A stretch of 64,000 nt of DNA from Bdellovibrionales bacterium (GTDB taxonomy: Bacteria > Bdellovibrionota > UBA1018 > CAIMNF01). A program made the translations under genes and the position numbers. Location: the NCBI GenBank assembly GCA_947372355.1, contig CANBTI010000007.1, positions 1,010 through 65,009 of the forward strand. The letters are read 5' to 3'. Each line of letters starts with the position of its first letter. Positions within the stretch are counted from its first letter, which is position 1. Under the pieces are notes generated by a model. That model did no database searches, was not told where the DNA came from, and saw only the letters and a list, made by a program, of their open reading frames with translations. Positions 56,874 to 64,000 of this stretch are shown piece by piece.

Positions 56874-58232
56874 ATGTCAGTAAAAATTGATCAAACAAAA
56901 AAAGTGCACATTATCGGCGCAGGGCTAGCTGGATCTGAAGCCGCCTATTATTTGGCGCAAAAAGGTTTTAGCGTAATCATTCACGAAATGCGCCCTACCA
57001 AACTTACGGAAGCTCATAAAACCGGAATGTGTGCAGAGCTCGTTTGTTCTAATTCTTTAAAATCTAAATCACCCGTTTCTGCTCCAGGAATGATGAAAGC
57101 TGAAATGAAAATGATTGGCTCTCTGATTTTGGATACTGCAGAACAATTTTCTGTTCCAGCGGGCGAAGCGCTTGCGGTAGATCGTGATTTATTTTCTTCA
57201 TTTGTACATGAGAAAATTATTAACCATCCCAACATTCAGTTCATTGGTGAAGAAGTGGATCATCCATTTCCAGGAAAAGATGAAATCACACTCATCTGCA
57301 CGGGCCCACTCACCGGTGATAAACTCACTGAATGGATCATGCAAGAAGCGGGAAGTGAAGGTTGTTATTTTTATGATGCCATCGCTCCAATTATTGAAAC
57401 CACTTCCATAGACATGAGCTCTGCCTTTATTGCCAATCGATATGGCAAGGGCGGAGAAGAGGCTTACATCAACTGCCCGATGAGTGATGTGGAATATTAT
57501 GCTTTTATTGAAGCACTTTTAGCAGCAGAAATTGTTCCTGCTAAAAATTTTGAAAAAGAAAAATTCTTCCAAGGTTGTCAACCCATTGAGGCCATTGCAA
57601 AAACCGGTAAAGAAAGCTTGCGCTTTGGTCCGATGAAACCAGTAGGACTCGACGATCCCAGCACCGGTCGCAGACCTTACGCCAACGTACAATTACGTCC
57701 AGAAAATCGCGCAAAAACCTCTTACAACATTGTTGGTTTTCAAACCCGCATGAAGTGGGGTCCACAAAATAAAGTTCTACGCATGATTCCCGCATTAAAG
57801 AATGCCGAGTTCTTAAGAATGGGTTCTATTCACCGCAATACATTTGTGTGCGGGCCAAAAGTATTACGCCCAGATCTTTCTTTAAAAAATCATCCCCATG
57901 TATATTTTGCGGGCCAAATCACTGGAGTCGAGGGCTACTTAGAATCTGCTGCGTGTGGAATGTTAGCGGCAATTTTTATTGAACAGCGCCTGCTCGGAAT
58001 GCCCCACCTTGCCCCACCAGCAAACACCGCACTCGGTGCACTACTCAGCCATGTTACGGCAAGTGAAATTAAAAACTATCAACCAAACAACATTCAGTTT
58101 TCACTATTTGATCCTAAATATTTTGAAAATTTAGATGGGCTAGATCGTGAAAAAACACGCGAAGGGATGTCTAAGCAGGCTCCTGTATATTTTCAAAATT
58201 GGATGAACGAATGCTCAACTCAATTTTCGTAA
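56874..58232 (+). CDS. trmFO: Folate/FAD-dependent tRNA m5U54 methyltransferase
   Basis: IIGAGLAGSEAA, ELVCSNS, ALAVDR, YFYDAIAPI, RFGPMKPVGL, FAGQITGVEGY. Confidence 0.96.
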   Translation: MSVKIDQTKKVHIIGAGLAGSEAAYYLAQKGFSVIIHEMRPTKLTEAHKTGMCAELVCSNSLKSKSPVSAPGMMKAEMKMIGSLILDTAEQFSVPAGEALAVDRDLFSSFVHEKIINHPNIQFIGEEVDHPFPGKDEITLICTGPLTGDKLTEWIMQEAGSEGCYFYDAIAPIIETTSIDMSSAFIANRYGKGGEEAYINCPMSDVEYYAFIEALLAAEIVPAKNFEKEKFFQGCQPIEAIAKTGKESLRFGPMKPVGLDDPSTGRRPYANVQLRPENRAKTSYNIVGFQTRMKWGPQNKVLRMIPALKNAEFLRMGSIHRNTFVCGPKVLRPDLSLKNHPHVYFAGQITGVEGYLESAACGMLAAIFIEQRLLGMPHLAPPANTALGALLSHVTASEIKNYQPNNIQFSLFDPKYFENLDGLDREKTREGMSKQAPVYFQNWMNECSTQFS

Positions 58233-59101
58233 TACTCGGTGCTGCTCTTTGGGCTACGGATACTCTTTTTCGTCACCCCATGACCAATCAGATTTCAGCA
58301 TTATCGATTGTATTTTTAGAACATGGCTTTGCGCTCATGATCGCCGTGATTGTCACGTTTGTTTTTCAAAAAAAGAAATTAAAAATTGAAGCCGCTCCTA
58401 TGGTGGGAGCGATCTTCATCGGCATCATTGGTTCAGCATTAGCTACCGTTTTTTTCACGATGAGTTTTCAGTTTGTAAATCCCAGCATCTCTATTTTGCT
58501 TCAAAAAACCCAACCAATCGTGGTGATTTTGCTATCGTGGATATTTTTAGGGGAAAAACTTTCATTACGGTTTTTTGTTTGGGGCGCGTTGGCACTTGTT
58601 TCTGCTTTTTTCATTAGTTTTCCGCATGGGATTAGTCATGACGAAATTCATGATGCTAACTTTTCGGGAGTAATTCTCGCTTTGATCGCTTCTATATTTT
58701 GGGCAATTTCAACGGTGATTGGCAAGGTTACTCTAAAAAGAATGCCGAGCTCTCACCTTACGTTATGGAGATTTCTTTTTGGATTCATCACTCTTTGGAT
58801 TTTGTTATATTTTGTTCCACAAAGCAGAATTGAAATTCCGATCGTAACTGTGGATTCTTCTGTGATGCGTTCGCTGTTTTTTATGGCATTAGTGCCAGGC
58901 TTCATTGGCGTTACACTTTATTATCGTGGACTCACCCGAATTAAAGCCTCCACTGCCACTCTACTAGAGCTTGCCTTTCCCCTTTGTGCCGTATTCATTA
59001 ACTCGAGATTTTTGAATTTGCATCTTGAAAACACACAGCTTTTTTCAGGATTAATCCTTTTGTTTTGTATATTTAAAATCAGTCGACTAGGCATCAACTA
59101 A
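58211..59101 (+). CDS. DMT/EamA-family transporter
   Basis: About 10 TM helices in two repeats; LLQKTQPI, LGEKL, ELAFPLCA. Confidence 0.88.
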   Translation: MLNSIFVILGAALWATDTLFRHPMTNQISALSIVFLEHGFALMIAVIVTFVFQKKKLKIEAAPMVGAIFIGIIGSALATVFFTMSFQFVNPSISILLQKTQPIVVILLSWIFLGEKLSLRFFVWGALALVSAFFISFPHGISHDEIHDANFSGVILALIASIFWAISTVIGKVTLKRMPSSHLTLWRFLFGFITLWILLYFVPQSRIEIPIVTVDSSVMRSLFFMALVPGFIGVTLYYRGLTRIKASTATLLELAFPLCAVFINSRFLNLHLENTQLFSGLILLFCIFKISRLGIN

Positions 59102-59208
59102 TTTAATTGAGGTAAACAGCTGATTTAATACATATTTTTTATTTACTAATTTTTAATTTTATAATACTCTCGCCAACGAACTAAAAATTTAACCACTCAG
59201 GAGTACTT

Positions 59209-59550
59209 ATGAAAACATTATTCGTTCTTTCGCTTTTAACTTTCGCGTCCGCTTCCCAAGCAGCAACTTGTGATGTTGAGATGGCAAAAAAATACGTAGC
59301 AGGCATTGAACTTGTTGCTTCAGATATCACTAACGTTGATTCAGGTGATCGCGTGAATGGTGTAACTATTTCTAAATCAGACATTAAAGCAGTATCTGCT
59401 GATTCCGCATATGTAGTAACCGTAACAAACGAAAAAGAGACTTATTACACTCCAGGAAACTATTCTAAGTATGTTGTAACTTTGAAAAAAGTTGGAAGCG
59501 CTTGTTACCCAGCTTCAATTACTTTGATTGGTAATACTTCAAAAAAATGA
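59209..59550 (+). CDS. Small secreted protein with 2 Cys
   Basis: GGAG Shine-Dalgarno; signal peptide (…ASQA); perfect TATAAT at 59160-59165. Confidence 0.75.
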   Translation: MKTLFVLSLLTFASASQAATCDVEMAKKYVAGIELVASDITNVDSGDRVNGVTISKSDIKAVSADSAYVVTVTNEKETYYTPGNYSKYVVTLKKVGSACYPASITLIGNTSKK

Positions 59551-59555
59551 CACTT

Positions 59556-59591
59556 AAAAAAGAGAACCTAAGCAATTAGGTTCTCTTTTTT
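59556..59591 (+). terminator. Intrinsic terminator
   Basis: AGAGAACCTAA-GCAA-TTAGGTTCTCT perfect 11-bp stem with GNRA loop, T-tail, and A-run on the other side. Confidence 0.9.
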
Positions 59592-59630
59592 ATTTTGTAT
59601 TCAACTAGTACAATCGACCTTGGAGTAAGC

Positions 59631-59972
59631 ATGAAATCACTTTTAGCAATTTCAGTTTTTTTAATGATGAGCACAATTAGCCACGCACAAGGTTTTGCTG
59701 TTGAATCAAACTTCGACAGCATTAGCATCACTCCAATTTCTGATGTACTAACCATTAGCCCAGTGGAACAAAACGGTGTTCAATTTAGTGCAACCGAAGA
59801 AAATGCTTTATTTAACTGTAAAAAAGAAGGCTATAGCCTAGTTTTGAAAACAACTCAAATCGTTGGAAATGGAACCGGCTGGCTATATGTTGCAGACGGA
59901 AAAATGCATTTTGAAGATCACTCGGGTCATCCCTACGGCAGCATGCTTGGCTCTGTTACCTGTGGTCGCTAA
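59631..59972 (+). CDS. Small secreted protein with 2 Cys
   Basis: GGAG Shine-Dalgarno; signal peptide (…ISHA-Q). Confidence 0.7.
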   Translation: MKSLLAISVFLMMSTISHAQGFAVESNFDSISITPISDVLTISPVEQNGVQFSATEENALFNCKKEGYSLVLKTTQIVGNGTGWLYVADGKMHFEDHSGHPYGSMLGSVTCGR

Positions 59973-60001
59973 TTTTATAAAAAACAAAACGAAGGATATT
60001 T

Positions 60002-60463
60002 ATGAAGAATTTAATTTTGGTAGTGATTTCAATTTTATTAAACGGAACATTTGCATTAGCTCAAGATTCTAGAACTGAAGTAATCGAAAATTCAGTAGTG
60101 AAAAGTACCTACGAATTAATGCAATCAAAAAACAATGGCACCTGCGATGAGTTGAATGTAAATAGCGTTCACTTTATGTGCATGGGAGCTATCCCAAGCA
60201 ATATCACTAAACTTGAACTCATTTCTTCAGGTTGTGGGATTGCGGTTGAAATCAAATGCCCCACCGGATCTGCAAGAATTTTTGGTGAGACAAGATCCAT
60301 TTCTGCCATAGATTCTTCAGGCATTCGCCAAGACATCAAAGGAATTAATCTAGGTCTTACCTTTAGCAGCATTACTATTACGCCGGTAATTGATTCTACA
60401 CAGGCTACTTGTCCAACCGGATATTCAATGAGTAAAATTGGTTGTTTACCTCATGAAAACTAA
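60002..60463 (+). CDS. Small secreted Cys-rich protein
   Basis: AAGGA Shine-Dalgarno; signal peptide (…FALA-Q); six Cys. Confidence 0.7.
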   Translation: MKNLILVVISILLNGTFALAQDSRTEVIENSVVKSTYELMQSKNNGTCDELNVNSVHFMCMGAIPSNITKLELISSGCGIAVEIKCPTGSARIFGETRSISAIDSSGIRQDIKGINLGLTFSSITITPVIDSTQATCPTGYSMSKIGCLPHEN

Positions 60464-60923
60464 TCCACTTCAATTGATTACTTTTATCTGTTTATCGCTT
60501 ATTTCTTTGATTTCCACAGCGAATGCCTCTGATCATTTTGCCTATATAAATTGCTCAGGCAAGCCACACATTTCCGAGAGTCAGTATGTTGAAGCTTGGA
60601 CGATGAAATATAACAATTGTACGGATGGCGAATCAAAATATAGCGTTACTTTTAAACAACATGAAATTGTAAATCTAGATTTTTTATACGATAAGGAAAT
60701 CGATCCAGGCGAACAATCACTTCTACTTTTTTGCGCTGGAACTGAAATTACAGGAACCTATGGAGCTGGTGTCATTGCTGGATTAGCCGCAGTTGTAAAA
60801 ATGGAATTAGGTGCTTTCGTTTCAACCATAAATGGTCAATCTGCTTGCGCCGTTCTTCAAGGCGGTTGGGGCGCTGGCGCAGAAGTGAGTCCTGAAATAC
60901 TCGAAATTAAAAGGAACAAATAG
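60453..60923 (+). CDS. Small secreted protein with Gly-rich C-terminal half
   Basis: ATG 60453 overlaps the upstream gene end; signal peptide (…TANA); four Cys in the mature part. Confidence 0.7.
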   Translation: MKTNPLQLITFICLSLISLISTANASDHFAYINCSGKPHISESQYVEAWTMKYNNCTDGESKYSVTFKQHEIVNLDFLYDKEIDPGEQSLLLFCAGTEITGTYGAGVIAGLAAVVKMELGAFVSTINGQSACAVLQGGWGAGAEVSPEILEIKRNK

Positions 60924-60934
60924 AAAGATTTTAC

Positions 60935-61219
60935 ATGAAAACAACAATTTTTATGATCATTACCCTAACTGCAATCTTACCTGCGATCTCTCAAGCCTCT
61001 GCTGATAAACTCAAGTGTGAAAAAGAGGTGACCAAAGAAATCGAAGGAAAAACCATGTACAACGTGGTTGAAAAAGTTCACAGCAAAGATGGAAAAACTT
61101 ATGTAGTAGTATTCAGAACCGCTTCAGGTGATGCAGAAGAAGCTTCAGTTGCTATTGTTACTGCCAATACAGAAACTTGTAAGATCACGAAAGTTCAATA
61201 TGTTAAGGGAGAGCACTAA
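60935..61219 (+). CDS. Small secreted protein with 2 Cys
   Basis: Signal peptide (…SQA); convergent with ychF and overlapping its stop by 4 nt. Confidence 0.7.
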   Translation: MKTTIFMIITLTAILPAISQASADKLKCEKEVTKEIEGKTMYNVVEKVHSKDGKTYVVVFRTASGDAEEASVAIVTANTETCKITKVQYVKGEH

Positions 61220-62316
61220 ACGTTAAAACGGAAGTGCATAATATCACCGTCTTTAACGGTGTATTCTTTTCCTTCAACACGAAAAGCGCCGGCTTCTTTA
61301 ATTGCATTCTCTGTTTTGTATTTCACCAAATCTGAATAGTGATAAACTTCAGCGCGAATAAAGCCCTTTTCAAAATCAGTGTGAATCACACCCGCAGCCT
61401 GAGGAGCCTTATCACCTTTATGGATCGTCCAAGCGCGAACCTCTACATCACCTGCAGTGAAGTAAGTTTGCAAGCCAAGTAATTCATAACCACAACGAAT
61501 CACGCGATCTAATCCCGCTTCCGCCATGCCTAAATCTTTTAAAAATTCAGCTTTATCTTCAGCACTCAACTCAGCAATTTCGGATTCAATTTTTCCACAA
61601 ATCGCCACTACCAATGCACCTTCTGATTTTGCATGAGCTAATACTTTTTGGTAATTGGGATTAGTATCGGGATTCGCTTGAGAAGCCTCATCCACATTTG
61701 CAACATACATCACGGGCTTAATCGTCAGTAAGTGAAGCTCATGAATCGCTTCTTTTTCTTCCGGTGTTAAACCCGATGCACGAGCAGTTTTACCTTGATC
61801 CAAGGTTACTTTTAACTTTTCCATCACACCGAGCATTGCCTGCGCTTTTTTATCACCAGATTTTGCCTGTTTTTCAGTGTTTTTTAATTTTTTTAGAATG
61901 CCTTCAAGATCACAAAGAATGAGTTCGGTATCAATCGTTTCGATATCACGAATTGGATCCACACTTCCTTCTACGTGAATGATGTCGCCATCTTCAAAAC
62001 AACGAACCACGTGAGCGATTGCATCGGTTTCACGGATGTGTCCTAAGAATTGATTTCCCAATCCCTCACCCTTAGAAGCTCCGCGAACCAAGCCCGCGAT
62101 GTCTACGAAGGTCATCACTGCTGGAATTAATTTTTGTGGTGGAATGTATTTAGAAATTTCTTCTAAACGTGGATCGGGAACCTTCACCATTCCTGTATTT
62201 GGCTCAATCGTACAAAACGGGTAATTTGCCGCTTCCGCCTTTGCATTGGTGAGCGCATTAAAAATAGTACTTTTTCCTACGTTGGGTAGACCAACAATTC
62301 CACACTGTAAACTCAT
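61216..62316 (-). CDS. ychF: Redox-regulated ATPase YchF
   Basis: GIVGLPNVGKSTIFNALT, ANYPFCTIEPN, DIAGLVRGASKGEGLGNQFL, EVRAWTI, HTDFEKGFIRAE. Confidence 0.98.
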   Translation of the reverse strand: MSLQCGIVGLPNVGKSTIFNALTNAKAEAANYPFCTIEPNTGMVKVPDPRLEEISKYIPPQKLIPAVMTFVDIAGLVRGASKGEGLGNQFLGHIRETDAIAHVVRCFEDGDIIHVEGSVDPIRDIETIDTELILCDLEGILKKLKNTEKQAKSGDKKAQAMLGVMEKLKVTLDQGKTARASGLTPEEKEAIHELHLLTIKPVMYVANVDEASQANPDTNPNYQKVLAHAKSEGALVVAICGKIESEIAELSAEDKAEFLKDLGMAEAGLDRVIRCGYELLGLQTYFTAGDVEVRAWTIHKGDKAPQAAGVIHTDFEKGFIRAEVYHYSDLVKYKTENAIKEAGAFRVEGKEYTVKDGDIMHFRFNV

Positions 62317-62337
62317 AGGGATTGACCTTATCGGATT

Positions 62338-62922
62338 TTACGGATTTTTTCGATGAAAAAGGGCCATTGCTTTCTTGATGTCGTCTTTTAAAACAAGACG
62401 AATTCCCTTTTCAGCTTTCTGAAACAACTCAGGGAGCCCATCCCACTCAGAATTCGGAATTTTGCCCAAAACCCAATCACTAACATCAATATTGGGATTA
62501 AAATTTCGCGGGTGGCCAATTCCTAGTCTAACTCGTGTGTAGTCTGTATTTGAAGCCCCCAAGCACTCATCAATGGATTTGAGACCATTGTGACCACCGT
62601 TACTACCCCCCACCTTGAATCTGATTTCATTGGGCGGGATATCGAGCTCATCATGGATTACGATTACATCGGATGGCGTGCATTTGTAAAATTGGTAAAA
62701 AGGAGCGAGTGATCGTCCGGATAGATTCATGAAGGTTTGAGGCTTGATCAAAATTGCCTGCTCTCCCTCAATCGTGCACTGAAAATATTCAGACTGATTT
62801 TTTTGCAAAGGCCCCTGCGCCTTCCACTCTTGCATTAAATAATCTAAACAAAGAAATCCAATGTTGTGCCGAGTAGTTTCGTACTTAGGACCAGGATTTC
62901 CCAAACCTACGATCAGCTTCAT
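62338..62922 (-). CDS. pth: Peptidyl-tRNA hydrolase
   Basis: LIVGLGNPG, TRHNIGF, KPQTFMNLSG, HDELD, GGHNGLKSI, RVRLGIG. Confidence 0.97.
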   Translation of the reverse strand: MKLIVGLGNPGPKYETTRHNIGFLCLDYLMQEWKAQGPLQKNQSEYFQCTIEGEQAILIKPQTFMNLSGRSLAPFYQFYKCTPSDVIVIHDELDIPPNEIRFKVGGSNGGHNGLKSIDECLGASNTDYTRVRLGIGHPRNFNPNIDVSDWVLGKIPNSEWDGLPELFQKAEKGIRLVLKDDIKKAMALFHRKNP

Positions 62923-62932
62923 TGGAATTGCC

Positions 62933-63904
62933 TCATGTGAATAAACTACTCACAGAATCGTAGTTATGAATACGGTTAATGGCTTCAGCCAAAAGCGGAG
63001 CGATAGAGACTTGCTCAATTTTTTTACAAGCTCTTGCCGCTTCAGATAATGGAATTGAATCAGTGATGATCACTTTATCAATATTTGATTTTTCAATTCG
63101 TTCAATCGCAGGACCAGAGAGAACTCCATGGGTAGCAACCGCTACCACACTTACAGCACCATTTTTAATCACTGCATTTGCAGCTTCAGTGAGGGTTCCC
63201 GCTGTATCAATCATATCATCTAAAATAATCACGGCTTTTCCTTGAACATCTCCTACAATATTCATAGCCATCGCTACATTTGGTCCGATCCTTCTCTTAT
63301 CGATCATGGCAACGTTTGCATTCATTCTTTTAGCCAAACTTCTCGAGCGCATCATCCCACCCGCATCCGGACTCACGATCACCAAATCATCTGATTTAAT
63401 ATTTTGTTGTTCTAGTTTTTTAGATAAAAACTCAAACAGAACCGGCATTGCATATAAATTATCAAATGGAATATTAAAAAAACCTTGAATTTGACCGGCA
63501 TGAAGATCAACCGAAACTACACGCGATGCACCCGCCACCGTGAGTAAATCCGCGGTGAGTTTTGCACTGATTGGAGTTCGTGGAGAAACTTTTCTATCTT
63601 GTCTGGAATATCCGTAATAAGGAGTGATGACATTGATTTCTTTTGCGCTTGCTCTTTTGAGTGCATCCATCATGATCAATAGTTCCATTAAAGAATCATT
63701 CACGGGTGAACAAGTACTTTGGATTAAGTAAACTGCACGACCACGAACATTTTCTTTAATTTCTACGAAAATTTCACCATCACTAAATCTACGAATATCA
63801 ACTGCGCCTAATGGACGCTTTAATTGCTCGCTAATTTTTTGTGAAAGAGCTGGATGCGCACTACCAGAGAGAAGAACCCATTCGCGATTACGTTGCATAC
63901 TCAT
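62933..63904 (-). CDS. prs: Ribose-phosphate pyrophosphokinase
   Basis: FSDGEI, PYYGYSRQDRK, DLHAGQIQGFF, VSPDAGG, DDMIDTAGTL. Confidence 0.98.
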   Translation of the reverse strand: MSMQRNREWVLLSGSAHPALSQKISEQLKRPLGAVDIRRFSDGEIFVEIKENVRGRAVYLIQSTCSPVNDSLMELLIMMDALKRASAKEINVITPYYGYSRQDRKVSPRTPISAKLTADLLTVAGASRVVSVDLHAGQIQGFFNIPFDNLYAMPVLFEFLSKKLEQQNIKSDDLVIVSPDAGGMMRSRSLAKRMNANVAMIDKRRIGPNVAMAMNIVGDVQGKAVIILDDMIDTAGTLTEAANAVIKNGAVSVVAVATHGVLSGPAIERIEKSNIDKVIITDSIPLSEAARACKKIEQVSIAPLLAEAINRIHNYDSVSSLFT

Positions 63905-64000
63905 AGCTTCCTCGTTTTGAGTTAATTAATCAAGGTGAACGCCATGCTTCAAATACACTTTGTTGCGGCAAACCTTTTCTATATTGATACCAGTAGCGAT

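Noticed and set aside
59101-61219. Secreted gene array as an integron cassette array
   Set aside because: No attC-like RYYYAAC…GTTRRRY repeats between the genes and no intI.
279-63488. The many 60-125 aa ORFs nested in or antisense to recognised genes
   Set aside because: Fully overlap well-supported CDSs, lack RBS and motifs, and are expected by chance.
63905-64000. Possible 3' end of an upstream minus-strand gene, or a tRNA-Gln before prs
   Set aside because: Two short open frames are possible but neither is recognisable; no tRNA fold seen.
1-64000. CRISPR array, rRNA, IS/transposase, dif site, defence system
   Set aside because: No regularly spaced repeats, rRNA signatures, transposase motifs, dif consensus or recognisable defence genes were seen by eye; a dedicated scan could still find degenerate cases.

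Overview
A gene-dense, AT-rich 64-kb chromosomal segment from a Gram-negative bacterium. It most likely belongs to Bdellovibrionota; this is inferred from gene content (Pal/DUF4398/CpoB, DUF3108, PilZ, alpha2-type GlyRS, many small Cys-rich secreted proteins, sigma28-like promoters) and no taxonomy was computed. Core content: (i) envelope and lipid A operon trxB-lolCE-lolD-bamA-skp-lpxD-fabZ-lpxA-lpxB/lpxK-DUF3108-waaF-GT4; (ii) translation and tRNA genes smpB (partial), rsmA, tsaD, alaS, glyQS, tadA, rsgA, trmFO, ychF, pth and tRNA-Ser(UGA); (iii) peptidoglycan handling (pal, cpoB-like, ampG, M14 amidase, SLT); (iv) metabolic genes (ribD, mce, galE, acyl-CoA dehydrogenase, long Phe hydroxylase, msrBA, prs); (v) xerC. 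I saw no integrase-bearing mobile element, transposase, prophage, CRISPR array or rRNA. Most notable observations: an in-frame LpxB-LpxK fusion; a structured ~140-170 nt intergenic RNA candidate behind a near-consensus sigma28 promoter and ending in a terminator; several more sigma28-like promoters, two almost abutting start codons; a 14-Cys secreted lytic transglycosylase coupled to a small secreted partner; and an array of five small secreted disulfide proteins. Two real-looking genes missed by the ORF track were recovered (smpB 5' end and a 59-aa acidic protein). All family calls come from motif recognition by eye and need HMM or structure confirmation.
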